Shown here: piece by piece, positions 9,369-20,563 of the stretch
How positions within the stretch are numbered: the stretch's first letter is position 1
How the letters are laid out: each line of letters opens with the position of its first letter
Assembly (NCBI GenBank): GCA_046331705.1
Contig: JAXLQJ010000055.1
Coordinates: 1 to 48,155, forward strand
Length of the DNA: 48,155 bases
Direction: 5' to 3'
DNA from: a bacterium
GTDB lineage: Bacteria > JADJOY01
Position numbers and translations under genes: made by a program
Notes under the pieces: generated by a model
Seen by the model: only the letters and a program-made list of their open reading frames with translations
Told to the model about the DNA's origin: nothing
Database searches by the model: none

Positions 9369-11539
9369 AGCGAGCGGCTGCGGCTTCCGCGGGCCTCGCG
9401 GCGGTGCTCGCGGGCTGGTCGTGGGCGCTGGCGCGCCGCATGGCGGGGCCGATCGTCTTCCACGACGAGCTGGCGCCGATCGGTCTGGCGCGCTACCTCC
9501 GTCTGGGCGCGCCGATCCCGCACGTCGGCGTGCCGTTCTATCCGGCGTACGGCGGGCTCCTGGCGCTCGTGAGCCCGGACGTGCTGGACCCGGCGAGCGC
9601 CCACGCGGCGGCGCGCGCCGTGAACGCCTGCTTGTTGGCGGTGTCGTTCCTGGCGACGCTCGCGCTCGCGCGTCATCTCTTCGAGCGCGAGCCGTCGCGA
9701 ACGGAACGGCGGGTGGTTGCGCTGGCGGCTTGCCTGCACGCGCCGCTCCTGCTCGCCGGGCATCTCGCGCTGCCGGACAACGCGCTGGTGGCGGGCGGGG
9801 TGGTCGCGATGCTGCTGGTGGCGCGCGCGCTCGAACGGCCGAGCACCGCGCGCGTCGCCGCTGCTGGAGTCACCCTCGGCCTCTTGCCGCTGATCCACGT
9901 CCGTGCGCTGCCCGTGGTGATGGCGGGAGTCGTGGGATGGGGCTGGGGGGCGCTGCACGCCGAGGGCGCGGCGTCGGCGCGGCGCCGTTCGGGGGTCGTG
10001 TTCGCGAGCGCGCTGGTGGCCGGGCTCGTGATCGCGTGGCTCGGCGCCGCAGCGCTCGCGCGCGTGGCTCCGCCGCCGATCGCGATGCTGTCGCGTGCCC
10101 ACACCGTGGCGCGCGTGTCGAATCGCAGCTTCGGGGAGTTCGCGCCGCGCTTGCCCTTCGTGATCGCGGGACACGGGCTCTATCTGGGACTCTCGACCTT
10201 CGGGCTGGTGTGGATCGCGTTCGCGCTGGGAGTGCGCCGTGTGTGGCGTTCTGGTGTGGGCGCGGATGCGACCTGCCGCGCGCGTGGCGCCGTGGCGCTC
10301 GCGATCGTGCTGGCTTCCGCGGGCACCTGGGCGATGTCCGCGGTGTTCTTCAATACCGGAGTGCATCGGCCGGACCACGTGCTGAGCGGCCGCTACAACG
10401 AGGCCGCCCTCTTGCCGCTGCTCGCGCTCGGCGTGGCGGCCGTGCTCGAGCGCGCGCCGGTGCGCTCGGCGTGGGCGTGGGGGCGAACGGCGCTGGCGGC
10501 CGGGGTGGGCACCGCGGCTCTCGGCGCGCTCGCCACCCAGGTGGTGCGATTCGCGCCTTTCGATCACCCGTTCAACCCCGCCACCGTGCTCGCGCTCATT
10601 CCTTGGCTCGGGGCCGACGGTGTGCCGGACCTGTGGCGAATCACAGGCGTCGGCGGCGTGCTGGCCGCGGCGGGTGTCGCGCTCGCGCTGGCGCGACCGC
10701 GGATTTTCGTGGGAGCGTGGATCGCGTGCGCGCTGGTGCTCGAGGTGACGATCTCGAATCGCTACCTGGTGCCTGGCTCCCGCGACCGTGCCCGCCAGCG
10801 CGTGGTCGCGGATGCGCTCGCGCGGATCGCGGAGCTCGAGGGGCCGGTCGCCTGTGTGGCCATCGACTGCCCGAGCTGGTCGCTCTGGCACGCGCACCAC
10901 TACCAGTTCTTGCGCCCCCTGCAACGCTTCGAGCTCTTCGATTCGCGCAAACGGGAGCACGCGTGCTCGGATCTGATCGTGAGCGCCGATCGCAACCTCG
11001 CCGCCGCGTACCCAGGGGCGCGCGTGATCGCGCGGGAGCGCGGCGACGTGGAACGGCTCTGGGTCCTTCCGGGCGAGCAGCAGGCGCGCTTGGCGGCGGC
11101 GGGTTTCCTGGAGCCGCCCACCTGGGGGGCGATGCCCACGCCGGCGTTTCGTTCGGAGCTCGCGTGGCTCGTCGCGCCCCCAGGCCGGATCTCCGCGCGT
11201 GCGCCGCGCTCCCTCGCCGTGCTTCGTGTCACGCACCTTGGCGGGGATTCGCCCTGGCTCTCCGCCGCCGAGCTGGGTGACGTCGAGCTGGCGGTGCGCG
11301 TCGGGGTGCGCTGGTTCGACGCGTCGGGCGGCGGCCGGCCGGTGGCGGAGGCACACCTGGACTTGCCGCACGCGCTCTTGCCTGGCGAACGCGTCGACAT
11401 CACCGTGCCGCTTCCAGGGGATGGAGTTCGTCTGCCACCCGGTCGCTACCGGGTGGTCGTCGGCTTGCTGCAGGAGGGTGTTCGCTGGTTCCGCGACGTG
11501 CGCGACGGCGTGCTCGAGGCGGACCTCACCGCGGAGTGA
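9365..11539 (+). CDS. Polytopic membrane protein, probable GT-C fold glycosyltransferase-like, with C-terminal Ig-like domain
   Basis: DE motif after the first TM (FHDE), YPAY, about 12 TM helices, GRY motif; C-terminal VRVGVRW...LLPGE...PPGRYRVVVGLLQEGVRWF. Start uncertain (CTG 9365 overlapping the upstream stop, or ATG 9440). Confidence 0.55.
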   Translation: MKRAAAASAGLAAVLAGWSWALARRMAGPIVFHDELAPIGLARYLRLGAPIPHVGVPFYPAYGGLLALVSPDVLDPASAHAAARAVNACLLAVSFLATLALARHLFEREPSRTERRVVALAACLHAPLLLAGHLALPDNALVAGGVVAMLLVARALERPSTARVAAAGVTLGLLPLIHVRALPVVMAGVVGWGWGALHAEGAASARRRSGVVFASALVAGLVIAWLGAAALARVAPPPIAMLSRAHTVARVSNRSFGEFAPRLPFVIAGHGLYLGLSTFGLVWIAFALGVRRVWRSGVGADATCRARGAVALAIVLASAGTWAMSAVFFNTGVHRPDHVLSGRYNEAALLPLLALGVAAVLERAPVRSAWAWGRTALAAGVGTAALGALATQVVRFAPFDHPFNPATVLALIPWLGADGVPDLWRITGVGGVLAAAGVALALARPRIFVGAWIACALVLEVTISNRYLVPGSRDRARQRVVADALARIAELEGPVACVAIDCPSWSLWHAHHYQFLRPLQRFELFDSRKREHACSDLIVSADRNLAAAYPGARVIARERGDVERLWVLPGEQQARLAAAGFLEPPTWGAMPTPAFRSELAWLVAPPGRISARAPRSLAVLRVTHLGGDSPWLSAAELGDVELAVRVGVRWFDASGGGRPVAEAHLDLPHALLPGERVDITVPLPGDGVRLPPGRYRVVVGLLQEGVRWFRDVRDGVLEADLTAE

Positions 11540-11612
11540 GCGGCGGCCTCGCCCTCGTGGGCGTGAGGACCCCGTCGTCGGCGCGCCGAGCGACGCGACG
11601 AGTGCCTTTTCC

Positions 11613-11641
11613 TTGACGCCTGGGAGGGGCAGCTGCATTCT
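11613..11641 (+). promoter_or_regulatory. Putative sigma70 promoter of the TonB-dependent receptor
   Basis: TTGACG (11613-11618), 17-nt spacer, CATTCT (11636-11641). Confidence 0.4.
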
Positions 11642-11717
11642 CGCCGGCCGCCCAGGCGCGGAAACCGAAGCACGGCTGTTCGGGTCGCCCGCGGCGTGGC
11701 CGCGCGGAGGAGAAACG

Positions 11718-13871
11718 ATGACGGCGAAGACAGGACATGCGTGGTCGCAGCGTGCGCTCCTCGTGGCGCTCGCGTGGGCCCTGGCGGGGTCGACGGCGCT
11801 CGCGGCTTCGGATCCCGGCGCCGCCGCGGCGGACGCCCTGCCGCCCGAGGTGGTGGTCGTCACCGCCACCAAGCTGCCGGAGGAGCTGCAGCTGGTGCCC
11901 GTGACGGTTTCGGTGGTGAGCGGTGACGAGCTGCGCGCGCGGGGCGTCGTCGATCTGCGCACGGCGCTGTCGCTCACCGCGGGCGTCGACGTATCGCCGG
12001 GGAGCGACGCCGGTCCTGCGGGCTCGGTGCCCGCGCTCTGGGGTTTGCGCGAGTTCGACGCGTTCCTGCTGGTGGTGGACGGCGTTCCGTGGGGAGGCGC
12101 GTTCAACCCCGCGCTCGCGACGCTCGATCTCACCGACGTCGAGCGAATCGAGGTGCTGCGTGGCGCCGCGCCGGTGAGCTACGGCGCCACCAGCTTCGTC
12201 GGGGTGATCCACGTGATCCATCACGCCGCGGGAAAGACGCCCGGGCGATTGAGCGTCGCCGGTGGAGATCGCGACACGGCGGTGGCTTCGGCGAGCGCCA
12301 GCCTCCCCGCGCTGGGCGCGCTCGAGCATTCGCTGACCGTCAACGGCGAGACGCGTCGGTTCAGCCAGGACGACGCGCGCGTGCAGCGCATCCACGCGCT
12401 CTATCGCGCAGGCGCGGACCTGGGTATCGGCCACGCGCACCTGGACGTGGACGTGACCAGCCTGCGTCAGGACCCCGCGAGCCCCCACCCGCGCGAGGGC
12501 AGCGAGCTCACGCGTCGCTTTCCGCTCGACGCCAACGTGAACCCGGCGGACGCCGAGCAGGACCAAGACCGCATCCAGCTCAACGCCGGGCTCACCAAGG
12601 ACTTCGGAGGCGTGGCGTGGACCACGCTCTATTCGGTGGCCTACACCGACTTCCGGAACGTGCGTGGATTCTTGCGGGAGGACTTCGCCGACGATGGCGT
12701 GACCCCCAACGCCGACGGATTCGCGCAGGACGTGTACACGACCGACATGTACTTCGACTCGTTCCTGGGGTTCCATCCGCTCGAGACCCTGGGTGTCGCC
12801 GTGGGCGTCGACTGGCTCTACGGCGACGGGCTGCAAGCGAGCGAGAACTTCGAGTACGCCGTGCTGCCCGATGGCAGCAACCGGCCGCTCACGAGCTCGT
12901 TGCCCGTCGACGAGCGCACCCGGCTCACCGATCGCCGGCACTTCGCCGGTGTCTACTCGCAGGTGGATTGGAAGCCGTGGGAGCGTCTCGACGTGATCGG
13001 CGGGATTCGCCTCAATGCCACCTTCGAGAAGCGCGAGGGCGCGGTCACGCCGAGCGAGGAAGGCGGCGAGGAGGCCGAGTCGGGCAGCGACGATCGCGAC
13101 GAGCTGCGCGCCTCGGGGATGATCGGCGCCAGCTACGCGCTGTGGATGGACGGCAGCGATCGGTTCTCGGTGTTCGGCAACTACCGGAACACCTTCAAGC
13201 CGGCGGTGGTGGACTTCGGGCCGGAAGCGGAAGACAAGATTCTCGAGCCGGAAGAAGCGGAGAGCCTGGAGGGCGGGTTCCGCGGACGCATGCTCGACGG
13301 CCGCCTCGACTGGTCGGCGTCTTACTTCTACATGACGTTCCAGAACCTGGTGATCGCCGAGAACGTGGATGGGCTTCCCGGCAAGGCCAACGCGGGAGAG
13401 GAGCGCTTCCAGGGCGCCGAGCTCGAGGCCGAGCTCACGCTGATCGACGATCTGCGCTGCGTCGCCAACTACGCCTATCACAGCGCCAAGTTCACCGACT
13501 TCGCGCGGCTCCGCCCCGACGGCAGCACCCAGCAGCTCGCCGGGAACTACCTCGAGCTGTCGCCGAAGCACCTCGGCGGCGTCGGTCTCGTCTACGCGCC
13601 CGCCACGGGCATCCAGGGCTCGGTGGCGTGGCGCTACGTCGGCGATCGTTTCCTCAACAAGGGCAACACCTCGGTGGCGCCGCATTTCCACACGGTGGAC
13701 GCCGGCGTCGGTTATCGCGTCGCGATCCTCGAGAAGCCGGTGACCTTCCGCGTCGACGGCCAGAACCTCACCAATGCCCGTGATGCCGTCACCGAGAGCG
13801 AGCTGGGCGACGCCCAGTTCTACCGGATGTCGGGACGCTCGGTGCTCGGCAGCGTGGCGCTCGAGTTCTGA
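11718..13871 (+). CDS. TonB-dependent outer membrane receptor
   Basis: GGAGGAG RBS, signal peptide, TonB box EVVVVTATK, plug motif DVERIEVLRG..SYG...GVI, NL.N near the end, C-terminal Phe. Confidence 0.93.
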   Translation: MTAKTGHAWSQRALLVALAWALAGSTALAASDPGAAAADALPPEVVVVTATKLPEELQLVPVTVSVVSGDELRARGVVDLRTALSLTAGVDVSPGSDAGPAGSVPALWGLREFDAFLLVVDGVPWGGAFNPALATLDLTDVERIEVLRGAAPVSYGATSFVGVIHVIHHAAGKTPGRLSVAGGDRDTAVASASASLPALGALEHSLTVNGETRRFSQDDARVQRIHALYRAGADLGIGHAHLDVDVTSLRQDPASPHPREGSELTRRFPLDANVNPADAEQDQDRIQLNAGLTKDFGGVAWTTLYSVAYTDFRNVRGFLREDFADDGVTPNADGFAQDVYTTDMYFDSFLGFHPLETLGVAVGVDWLYGDGLQASENFEYAVLPDGSNRPLTSSLPVDERTRLTDRRHFAGVYSQVDWKPWERLDVIGGIRLNATFEKREGAVTPSEEGGEEAESGSDDRDELRASGMIGASYALWMDGSDRFSVFGNYRNTFKPAVVDFGPEAEDKILEPEEAESLEGGFRGRMLDGRLDWSASYFYMTFQNLVIAENVDGLPGKANAGEERFQGAELEAELTLIDDLRCVANYAYHSAKFTDFARLRPDGSTQQLAGNYLELSPKHLGGVGLVYAPATGIQGSVAWRYVGDRFLNKGNTSVAPHFHTVDAGVGYRVAILEKPVTFRVDGQNLTNARDAVTESELGDAQFYRMSGRSVLGSVALEF

Positions 13872-13985
13872 GCGCCACCGTCGGCGCGCCGCGCCCGCCC
13901 GAGCCGCCGGTCGCGAGCCGTTGCGCTCGGACGGCGGGCGTGTGGGTCCGGGCGGCCGTCGGAAACGCGCGCTTCCGAGGACCGC

Positions 13986-14762
13986 TCAGGTCTTGAGCCG
14001 GTAGCCGGTCTTGAACATCCAGCCCACCACGGCCAGGCACACGCCGAAGAAGGCGAGGGTCATGCCCAGGCTGATCGCGACGGTCACGTCCGAGGTCTCG
14101 TAGAAGCTCCAGCGAAAGCCGCTGATGAGGTAGACGACCGGGTTCGCCAGCGAGAGCGTGCGCCACACCGGCGGCAGGATGTCGATCGAGTAAAAGGCGC
14201 CGCCCAGGAACGTGAGCGGCGTGATCACCAGCAGCGGGATGATCTGGAGCTGCTCGAAGCTGTCCGCCCACAAGCCGATGATGAACCCGAACAAGCTGAA
14301 GGTGGTCGCGGTGAGCACCAGGAACGCGATCATCCAGAGCGGGTGCACCACGTGCACCGGCACGAAGAGCGCCGAGGTGGCGAGGATCACGAGGCCGAGC
14401 ACCACCGATTTCGTGGCCGCCGCGCCGACGTAAGCGAGCACCGCTTCCACCGGCGAGATCGGCGCGGATAGCAGCTCGTAGATGGTGCCCGTGAAGCGAG
14501 GCATGTAGATGCCGAACGACGCGTTCGAGAGGCTCTGCGACAGGATCGAGAGCATGATGAGCCCCGGCACGATGAAGGCCCCGTAGGGCACCCCGCCCAC
14601 CTGGCTCATGCGCGAGCCGATCGCCGAGCCGAACACCACGAAGTAGAGCGTGGTGCTGATCACCGGCGCCACCAGGCTCTGCATCAGCGTGCGCAATGCG
14701 CGCGCCATCTCGAAGCGGTAGATCGCCCACACACCGTAGCGATTGAACGTGGTCGGGTTCAT
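13986..14762 (-). CDS. yadH: ABC-2 transporter permease (YadH-like)
   Basis: [54 protein letters not shown]. Confidence 0.88.
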   Translation of the reverse strand: MNPTTFNRYGVWAIYRFEMARALRTLMQSLVAPVISTTLYFVVFGSAIGSRMSQVGGVPYGAFIVPGLIMLSILSQSLSNASFGIYMPRFTGTIYELLSAPISPVEAVLAYVGAAATKSVVLGLVILATSALFVPVHVVHPLWMIAFLVLTATTFSLFGFIIGLWADSFEQLQIIPLLVITPLTFLGGAFYSIDILPPVWRTLSLANPVVYLISGFRWSFYETSDVTVAISLGMTLAFFGVCLAVVGWMFKTGYRLKT

Positions 14763-14769
14763 CGGGGGC

Positions 14770-15696
14770 TCACGGGCGATCGCTCACGAGGCTCACGAAG
14801 ATGTCCTCGAGCGAGCTCTGCCGGGTGTTCAGGTCCTTGAAGGCGATGCCCACGTCGCACAGCCGGCGCATGAACGCGGGCACCCCGGTCTGCTCGTCGT
14901 CGGCGTCGAAGGTGAGCTCGAGCTCGGTGCCGCCGTCCTTGAGCGCGAGCGGCCAAGGCGCGAGCTCGGTGGGAATCGCGCTCATCGGCTCCTGCAAGTG
15001 CACGGTGAGCTGCTTCTTTCCCAGCTTCTTCATGAGCCTGCGTTTCTCCTCGACCACCACGAGCATGCCCTTGTTGATGACGCCGATGCGGTCCGCCATC
15101 TCCTCGGCCTCGTCGATGTAGTGCGTGGTGAGGATGATGGTGACGCCGCTCTCGCGCAGGCGCCGCACCAGCTCCCACATGTCGCGGCGCAGCTCCACGT
15201 CCACACCCGCGGTGGGCTCGTCGAGGAACAGGATGCGCGGCTCGTGCGCGAGGGCCTTGGCGATGAGCACGCGCCGCTTCATGCCGCCCGATAGCGTGCG
15301 AATGCGATCGTCGCGCTTTTCCCAGAGCGAGAGCTCGCGCAGCACCTTCTCGACGTGCGCCGGGTTGGGCGGGTGCCCGAAGAGGCCGCGGCTGAAGGAG
15401 ACGGTGGCCCACACCGTCTCGAACATGTCGGTGCTCAGCTCTTGCGGCACCAGCCCGATCTTGGCGCGCGCCGCGCGGTAGTCGCGCACCACGTCGTGGC
15501 CGTCGGCGATCACCGTGCCGCCGCTCGGGGTGACGATCCCGCACACGATGCTGATGAGCGTGGTCTTCCCGGCTCCGTTCGGTCCGAGCAAGGCGAAGAT
15601 CTCGCCGCGGTGGATCTCGAGGTCGACGTCGCTGAGCGCCCGATGGCCGGATGCGTAGGTCTTGGAGAGCTTCGAGAGAGTCAGGATCGGAGACAT
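14770..15696 (-). CDS. yadG: ABC transporter ATP-binding protein (YadG-like)
   Basis: [49 protein letters not shown]. Confidence 0.9.
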   Translation of the reverse strand: MSPILTLSKLSKTYASGHRALSDVDLEIHRGEIFALLGPNGAGKTTLISIVCGIVTPSGGTVIADGHDVVRDYRAARAKIGLVPQELSTDMFETVWATVSFSRGLFGHPPNPAHVEKVLRELSLWEKRDDRIRTLSGGMKRRVLIAKALAHEPRILFLDEPTAGVDVELRRDMWELVRRLRESGVTIILTTHYIDEAEEMADRIGVINKGMLVVVEEKRRLMKKLGKKQLTVHLQEPMSAIPTELAPWPLALKDGGTELELTFDADDEQTGVPAFMRRLCDVGIAFKDLNTRQSSLEDIFVSLVSDRP

Positions 15697-15755
15697 CCCC
15701 GCAACCTATCGCAGCAGCGCGCGCGGCGGCTCGCGGGTGGTAGCGCTCGCGCCGC

Positions 15756-16628
15756 TCAGCCTCGGAGCGCCGCGGCCCAGGCCAGCGCGAGGGCGGCGAT
15801 GGCGCCGAGGCCGGCCATCCACTGCGCTCGACCGCGGCGTGCGCGACCCCGGGGATCCAGGCGAATCGCCGCGAGCCCGAGCCCGAAGCCGAGCACGCCG
15901 CCGCCGAAATGGGCGATCACGTCGGTGTCGCGGGAGAGTCCCGTGAACGCGAACAGCCCGAGCGCCGCGCCGACGCCGGGAGCCCAGCGCACGATGGCAT
16001 GGGCGGGACGTCGATGGACGGCGAGCGCCGCCACCAGCCCGAGCAGCGCGAACACCGCGCCGGACGCGCCGACCGCGGTGAAGTTGGCGGGATGGGCGAG
16101 GGCGCTCACGACGTTCGCCGCGGCCGCCGCCGCGAGCGCGATCGCCGCCGTGACGCCTGGGCCGACCCCGCGGATCGCGGTGGTCGCGAAGATCAGCAGG
16201 AACGCCGTGTTGCTGAGCAGGTGGAGCAGCCCCGAGTGGAGGGTGATGGCGGTCACGGCCCGATACCACTCGCCCTGTCGGAACGCGCTCCCCACCAGCG
16301 CGCCGCGGGCCTCCCAGCCCGGGACGTAAAGCTGCAGCACCATGCTCATCATGAGCAGCCAGGCCATGGCGAGGGCGCCGGCGACCGCGTGTGGCGCGTC
16401 GCCCTCGGCCGCGTCCGCGAGCGGTGCGGGCGGGCGAGGCGCGTCTTCGATGTCGAGCTCGACCACCGTGCGATGGGCTTGCGCCGCGTGCTCGCGCCGC
16501 ACCCACAGCACCACCTCGCTCGACTCCCGGTCGGCGGGCGTGAGCTCGAAGGGGATCCGCATCGCCTCGAGCGCGAACGTCCATCGCTCGAGGTCCCGCG
16601 GGTTCTCGGTTTGCGCGATGGGCACCAC
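15756..16628 (-). CDS. Rhomboid family intramembrane serine protease
   Basis: GEWYR, LH..LLHLLSN, GASG (catalytic Ser), AHFGG (catalytic His); small soluble N-terminal domain. Confidence 0.9.
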   Translation of the reverse strand: MVPIAQTENPRDLERWTFALEAMRIPFELTPADRESSEVVLWVRREHAAQAHRTVVELDIEDAPRPPAPLADAAEGDAPHAVAGALAMAWLLMMSMVLQLYVPGWEARGALVGSAFRQGEWYRAVTAITLHSGLLHLLSNTAFLLIFATTAIRGVGPGVTAAIALAAAAAANVVSALAHPANFTAVGASGAVFALLGLVAALAVHRRPAHAIVRWAPGVGAALGLFAFTGLSRDTDVIAHFGGGVLGFGLGLAAIRLDPRGRARRGRAQWMAGLGAIAALALAWAAALRG

Positions 16629-16716
16629 GGCGGCTCCGTCCTCGGAGCAGCCATTGTGCCCGATCGCGCGCGCCGTTTCCCCGTCGGACGCTCGCCGGTC
16701 CGCGGGGGCTGCGGCC

Positions 16717-16836
16717 TCACGTCCGAGTGCCAGCGTGGAAGATCCGCGTGTGCTCGCGAGGACGGATCACGTCGAGGGTGCCGAGGGTGACGAACGCGAC
16801 CTCGACCATCACCAGGTAACCGAGCAGCAGTGTCAT
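16717..16836 (-). CDS. Putative 39-aa small membrane protein
   Basis: GGAG 6 nt before ATG; MTLLLGYLVMVEVAFVTLGTLDVIRPREHTRIFHAGTRT, a hydrophobic stretch plus basic tail, with GC-rich third positions. Confidence 0.4.
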   Translation of the reverse strand: MTLLLGYLVMVEVAFVTLGTLDVIRPREHTRIFHAGTRT

Positions 16837-17124
16837 GGGAGTCTCCGAAAGGTGCCCGTCGGGCACCGTGGCTTGCGCTTTCACCTTCTGTTGCGTGACG
16901 AATCGGGGAACGTGGTTCCGCGCCACGAAGCTCTCGCGCGCACGCCGGGGGGCGGGTGGGTCGCAGGTCGGAGACGGCGATCGGCGCGAGAGCGAGCGGA
17001 TTCGGGGTGCGCCGGACCGGGGCTGCCGGCCCACGGAACGATGTTCCGCGCGTCGAGGAACCAGCGCGCTGCCCGCCGCGGCGGCGACCTCGACAGCGCC
17101 GTGGCGAGCGGAGACAATCGGGCC

Positions 17125-20100
17125 ATGCCGTCGCCGACACGCCCCTTTCTCGGCCGTGAGCGCGAGCTCGACACGCTCGCGCGCGCGCTCCACGAGTGCG
17201 CCGCCGGTTCCGGCTCGGTGTGGTTGGTGAGCGGCGAGCCGGGGATCGGCAAGAGCCGTCTCGCCGAGGAGCTGGCGCGCAGCGCCCAAGCCGCCGGCAT
17301 GGTGAGCCTGGACGGACGCTGTTGGGAGGCGGGTGGGGCGCCGGCGTTCTGGCCGTGGTTGCAGGCGCTGCGCGGCCTGGTGCGGCAGCTCGGGCAAGCG
17401 GCGGTGGACGCGGCGCTCGGCGCGCGAGCGGTGCACCTCCTGCCGTTGCTTCCCGAGCTCGCCGCCGCGCGGCCGGCACTCGGGTCGACCCCGGCGCTGG
17501 ATGCGGATCAGGCGCGCTTCCAGGTGCTGGAGGCGGTCACGACCTTGCTCGTCGAGGCATCGGCGCGCGGCGCGCCGATCCTGGTCGTGCTGGAGGACCT
17601 GCACGCCGCCGATCCGTCGTCGCTCTTGTTGCTCGAGTTCCTGGCGCGCGAGGTGGGGCGCGCACGGCTGGTGGTGCTCGGCACCTATCGCGAGTCGAGC
17701 TCGACGCCGCGGCGGCGCTCACGCTCGCGCGCGTGGCACGGCTCGCGCACCCGCTGCGGCTGACTCGCTTCGAGCCGGCGCAGACCGCGGCGCTGGTCGA
17801 ACGCGTCTGCGGCGGGCCCACGAGCCGCGACGTCGCTGACGCGGTCCACGCCGCCACCGACGGCAACCCGCTCTTCGTGGTCGAGATGGCGCGGCTCCTG
17901 GCGAGCGACCAGGCGATCGCGGCGGCGCTGCTCGGCCGCGGCGAGATTCCGGTGCCGCCGACCATTCGCGCCACGCTGCGCGACCGCATCGCGCGCCTCG
18001 ACGACTCCGCGCGAGCGATCCTCCAAGGCGCCGCGGTGGTGGGGCGCGACTTCACGGCCGCCGCCGTCGCGGAGCTGGTCGAACGCGCGGAGCGCGACGT
18101 GGTGGCGGCGCTTGCGGGAGCGGTGGACGCGGCGTTGGTGACGCGCAGCGCGCCCGAGCAGTACCGCTTCACCCACAACCTCACCCGCGAGGTCCTCCAC
18201 GACGAGCTCTCGGACGAGCGGCGCTGGGCGCTGCACGGGCGGCGCGCCGCGCTGCTCGAGGCGACCGGCGCTCTCCTCGACCCGGCGTGGTCGGAGATCG
18301 CCCACCATTGGCTGGGGGCGGGGCCGAGCGCGCGACGGATGGCGGTCGAGGCGCTGGCGCGGGCCGCGGAGCAAGCCACGGCGCGCATGGCGTTCGACGA
18401 CGCGGCGCTGGCGCTCTCGCGGGCGCTCGCCGCGGCGCAAGCGCTGGGAGCGGAGGAGCCGGCGCGCTGTGTCGAGCTACGGCTGGCGTTGGCGCGCGCC
18501 CGCAACCTCGCTGGCGACTCGATCGGCGCGAAGGAAGCGTGCTGGGCCGCCGTGGAGGCCGCGCGGCGCGGTCGCGACGGGGAGCTGCTGGCCCGGGCCG
18601 CGCTCGAATACGGCTCGGGCTACGTCTACGGCGCCGTCGATTCCAAGCTGGTGGCGCTGCTCGAGGAGGCGCTGGCGGCGTTGCCCGAGGAGGACGGGGC
18701 GTTGCGCGCGCGCCTCTCGGCGCGACTGGGAGCTGCGCTGCAGCCCGCCCCCGATCCATCGGTGTCGCTGGGGCTGGCGCGCGACGCCGTGGCGATGGCA
18801 CGCCGGGTGGGCGATCGGCGGGTGCTGCTCGCGACGTTGCGCGACGCCGGCTCGGCCTTCATGGACAGCGGGCCGCGCGCCGACCGGATCGCGCTCAGCC
18901 GCGAGCACGTCGAGCTGGCGGTCGCGCTCGACGAATCGGTCGACGCGTGGCGCGGCTCGATGCGACTGGTCTTCGATCACCTCGAGGGCAACGACGTCGC
19001 CGCCGCCGCGGACGCCATCGCCGCCGTGACGCGCCACGCCGAACGTCTGGTGCACCCCCACTATCGATGGCCGGCGATGGCGCTCGACGCGATGATGCTC
19101 GTACGCGAGGGGCGCTTCGCCGAAGCGGCCGCGGCGCACGCCGGGGCGTGCGCGCTGGCGCGGTCGGCGCGCGATCCCAACGCAGAGCGCTCGCTCGCGA
19201 TCCAGGAGCTCTGCTGGCTGCGCCTCGAGGGGCGGCGCGACGCCGAGCGCGCGGCCGCACGTGCCCTGGAAGGGCGCTTCGCGGGAGTCGCTTCCGGCGA
19301 GATCGTGGCGCGGCTCTGGCAGTACTGCGTCAGCGACCCGAACGCACCCGAGCCGTTCGACGTCGCGGACACCGTCGCCGCGAGCCTCGCGATCCACGAT
19401 ACCTGCCACCTCCAGTTCCTGGTCGAGATCGCCGAACGGCGCCGGGATCGTGCGTTGGCTCGAGCGATCACCACGGCGTTCACCTCGCGTCTCGGGTCGA
19501 ACGTGCGCTGGGGTCTCTTCGGCGTGATGGTGGAGGGACCGGTGAGCCACTGGCTCGCGCGCGCCGCGCTCGTGGAAGGTCGCGGTGACGACGCGCTCGC
19601 CGGGTTCGAGTCCGCGTTGAGCGAGGCGCGGGCGAGTGGGGCGCGGCCGTACGCGGCCTGGATCGCGCTGGATCTGGGCCGCGAGCTCGCAGGGCGCGCA
19701 TCGGTGACGGATCGGGAGCGCGGGAGGATGCTGGTCGCGGATGCGCTGCGAGAAGCCGTGAATCTCGAGATGCCGTCGCTGGCGGCCGGCGCGCGTGCTT
19801 GGCTCGCCGAGAGCCCCGGATCCGGGCGCGAGGCTCACGAGGAGCGCGCGGCGCCGCCGTCGCGACACTCGCCGTCGCCGCCGCGCTTTCGTCTCGAGCG
19901 CCAGGGCGAGCTTTGGACCGTCCTCCACCAGTCGCGGCAGTTTCACCTCGCCGACACCAAGGGGCTGCGCATCCTGGCGGCGCTGGTGGCGGCACCTGGG
20001 CGCGACTGGCACGTGCTCGATCTGATGGCGAGCGAGGGTGGCGCGCCTGTGGCGCAGCCCGACGTGGGCGAGATGCTGGACGGTCGCGCGCGCGCCGACT

Positions 20101-20399
20101 ACCGCGCGCGCATCGTCGCGTTGCGTGGCGAGATCGACGAGGCCGAGCGCTGGAACGATGGACCGCGCGCCGAGCGGGCACGTCTCGAGCTCGAGGCGAT
20201 CACCTCCGAGCTCGGCCGCGCGCTCGGGCCGCGCGGCCGCCTTCGTCGCCAGGGCTCCGACGCCGAACGAGCGCGCATCAACGTGCAACGGCGCGTGCGC
20301 GACGCGATCCGCCGCATCGGCGAAACGGACGCCGCGCTGGCGCGTCACCTCGAGCGCTCGGTGCGCACCGGCAGCGTGTGTCGCTACGATCCCGAATGA
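17125..20399 (+). CDS. STAND/AAA_16-type ATPase with helical-repeat region and C-terminal putative DNA-binding domain; single frameshift near 17693
   Basis: FLGRERE, Walker A GEPGIGKS, Walker B VVLEDLHAAD, GTYR in one frame; GNPLFV, FTH.L.RE, ERARINV...RTG..C.YDP in the other. One extra G at about 17693 joins them. Confidence 0.8.
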
Positions 20400-20490
20400 C
20401 GCACGCTCGGGTGCGGCGCGACGGCGGCCGCTGGCGTACGCGTGCGCGTTCTCGGACGTCCGAAGCGCCGCGCTGACCCGCGGCCCACCC

Positions 20491-20528
20491 ACGGAAACGG
20501 CCACCGAGGCAGGCAGCCTCGGTGGCCG
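20491..20528 (-). terminator. Intrinsic terminator hairpin after the large surface protein gene
   Basis: Perfect 13-bp stem CGGCCACCGAGGC/GCCTCGGTGGCCG (20498-20528), 5-nt loop, followed by TTT on the minus strand; lies between convergent genes. Confidence 0.65.
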
Positions 20529-20563
20529 AGCTCACGACGAAGCGGTCCCCGGACCGCGGGCGG

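Noticed and set aside
17685-17705. Programmed ribosomal frameshift in the ATPase gene
   Set aside because: No slippery heptamer; a single-base loss explains it more simply.
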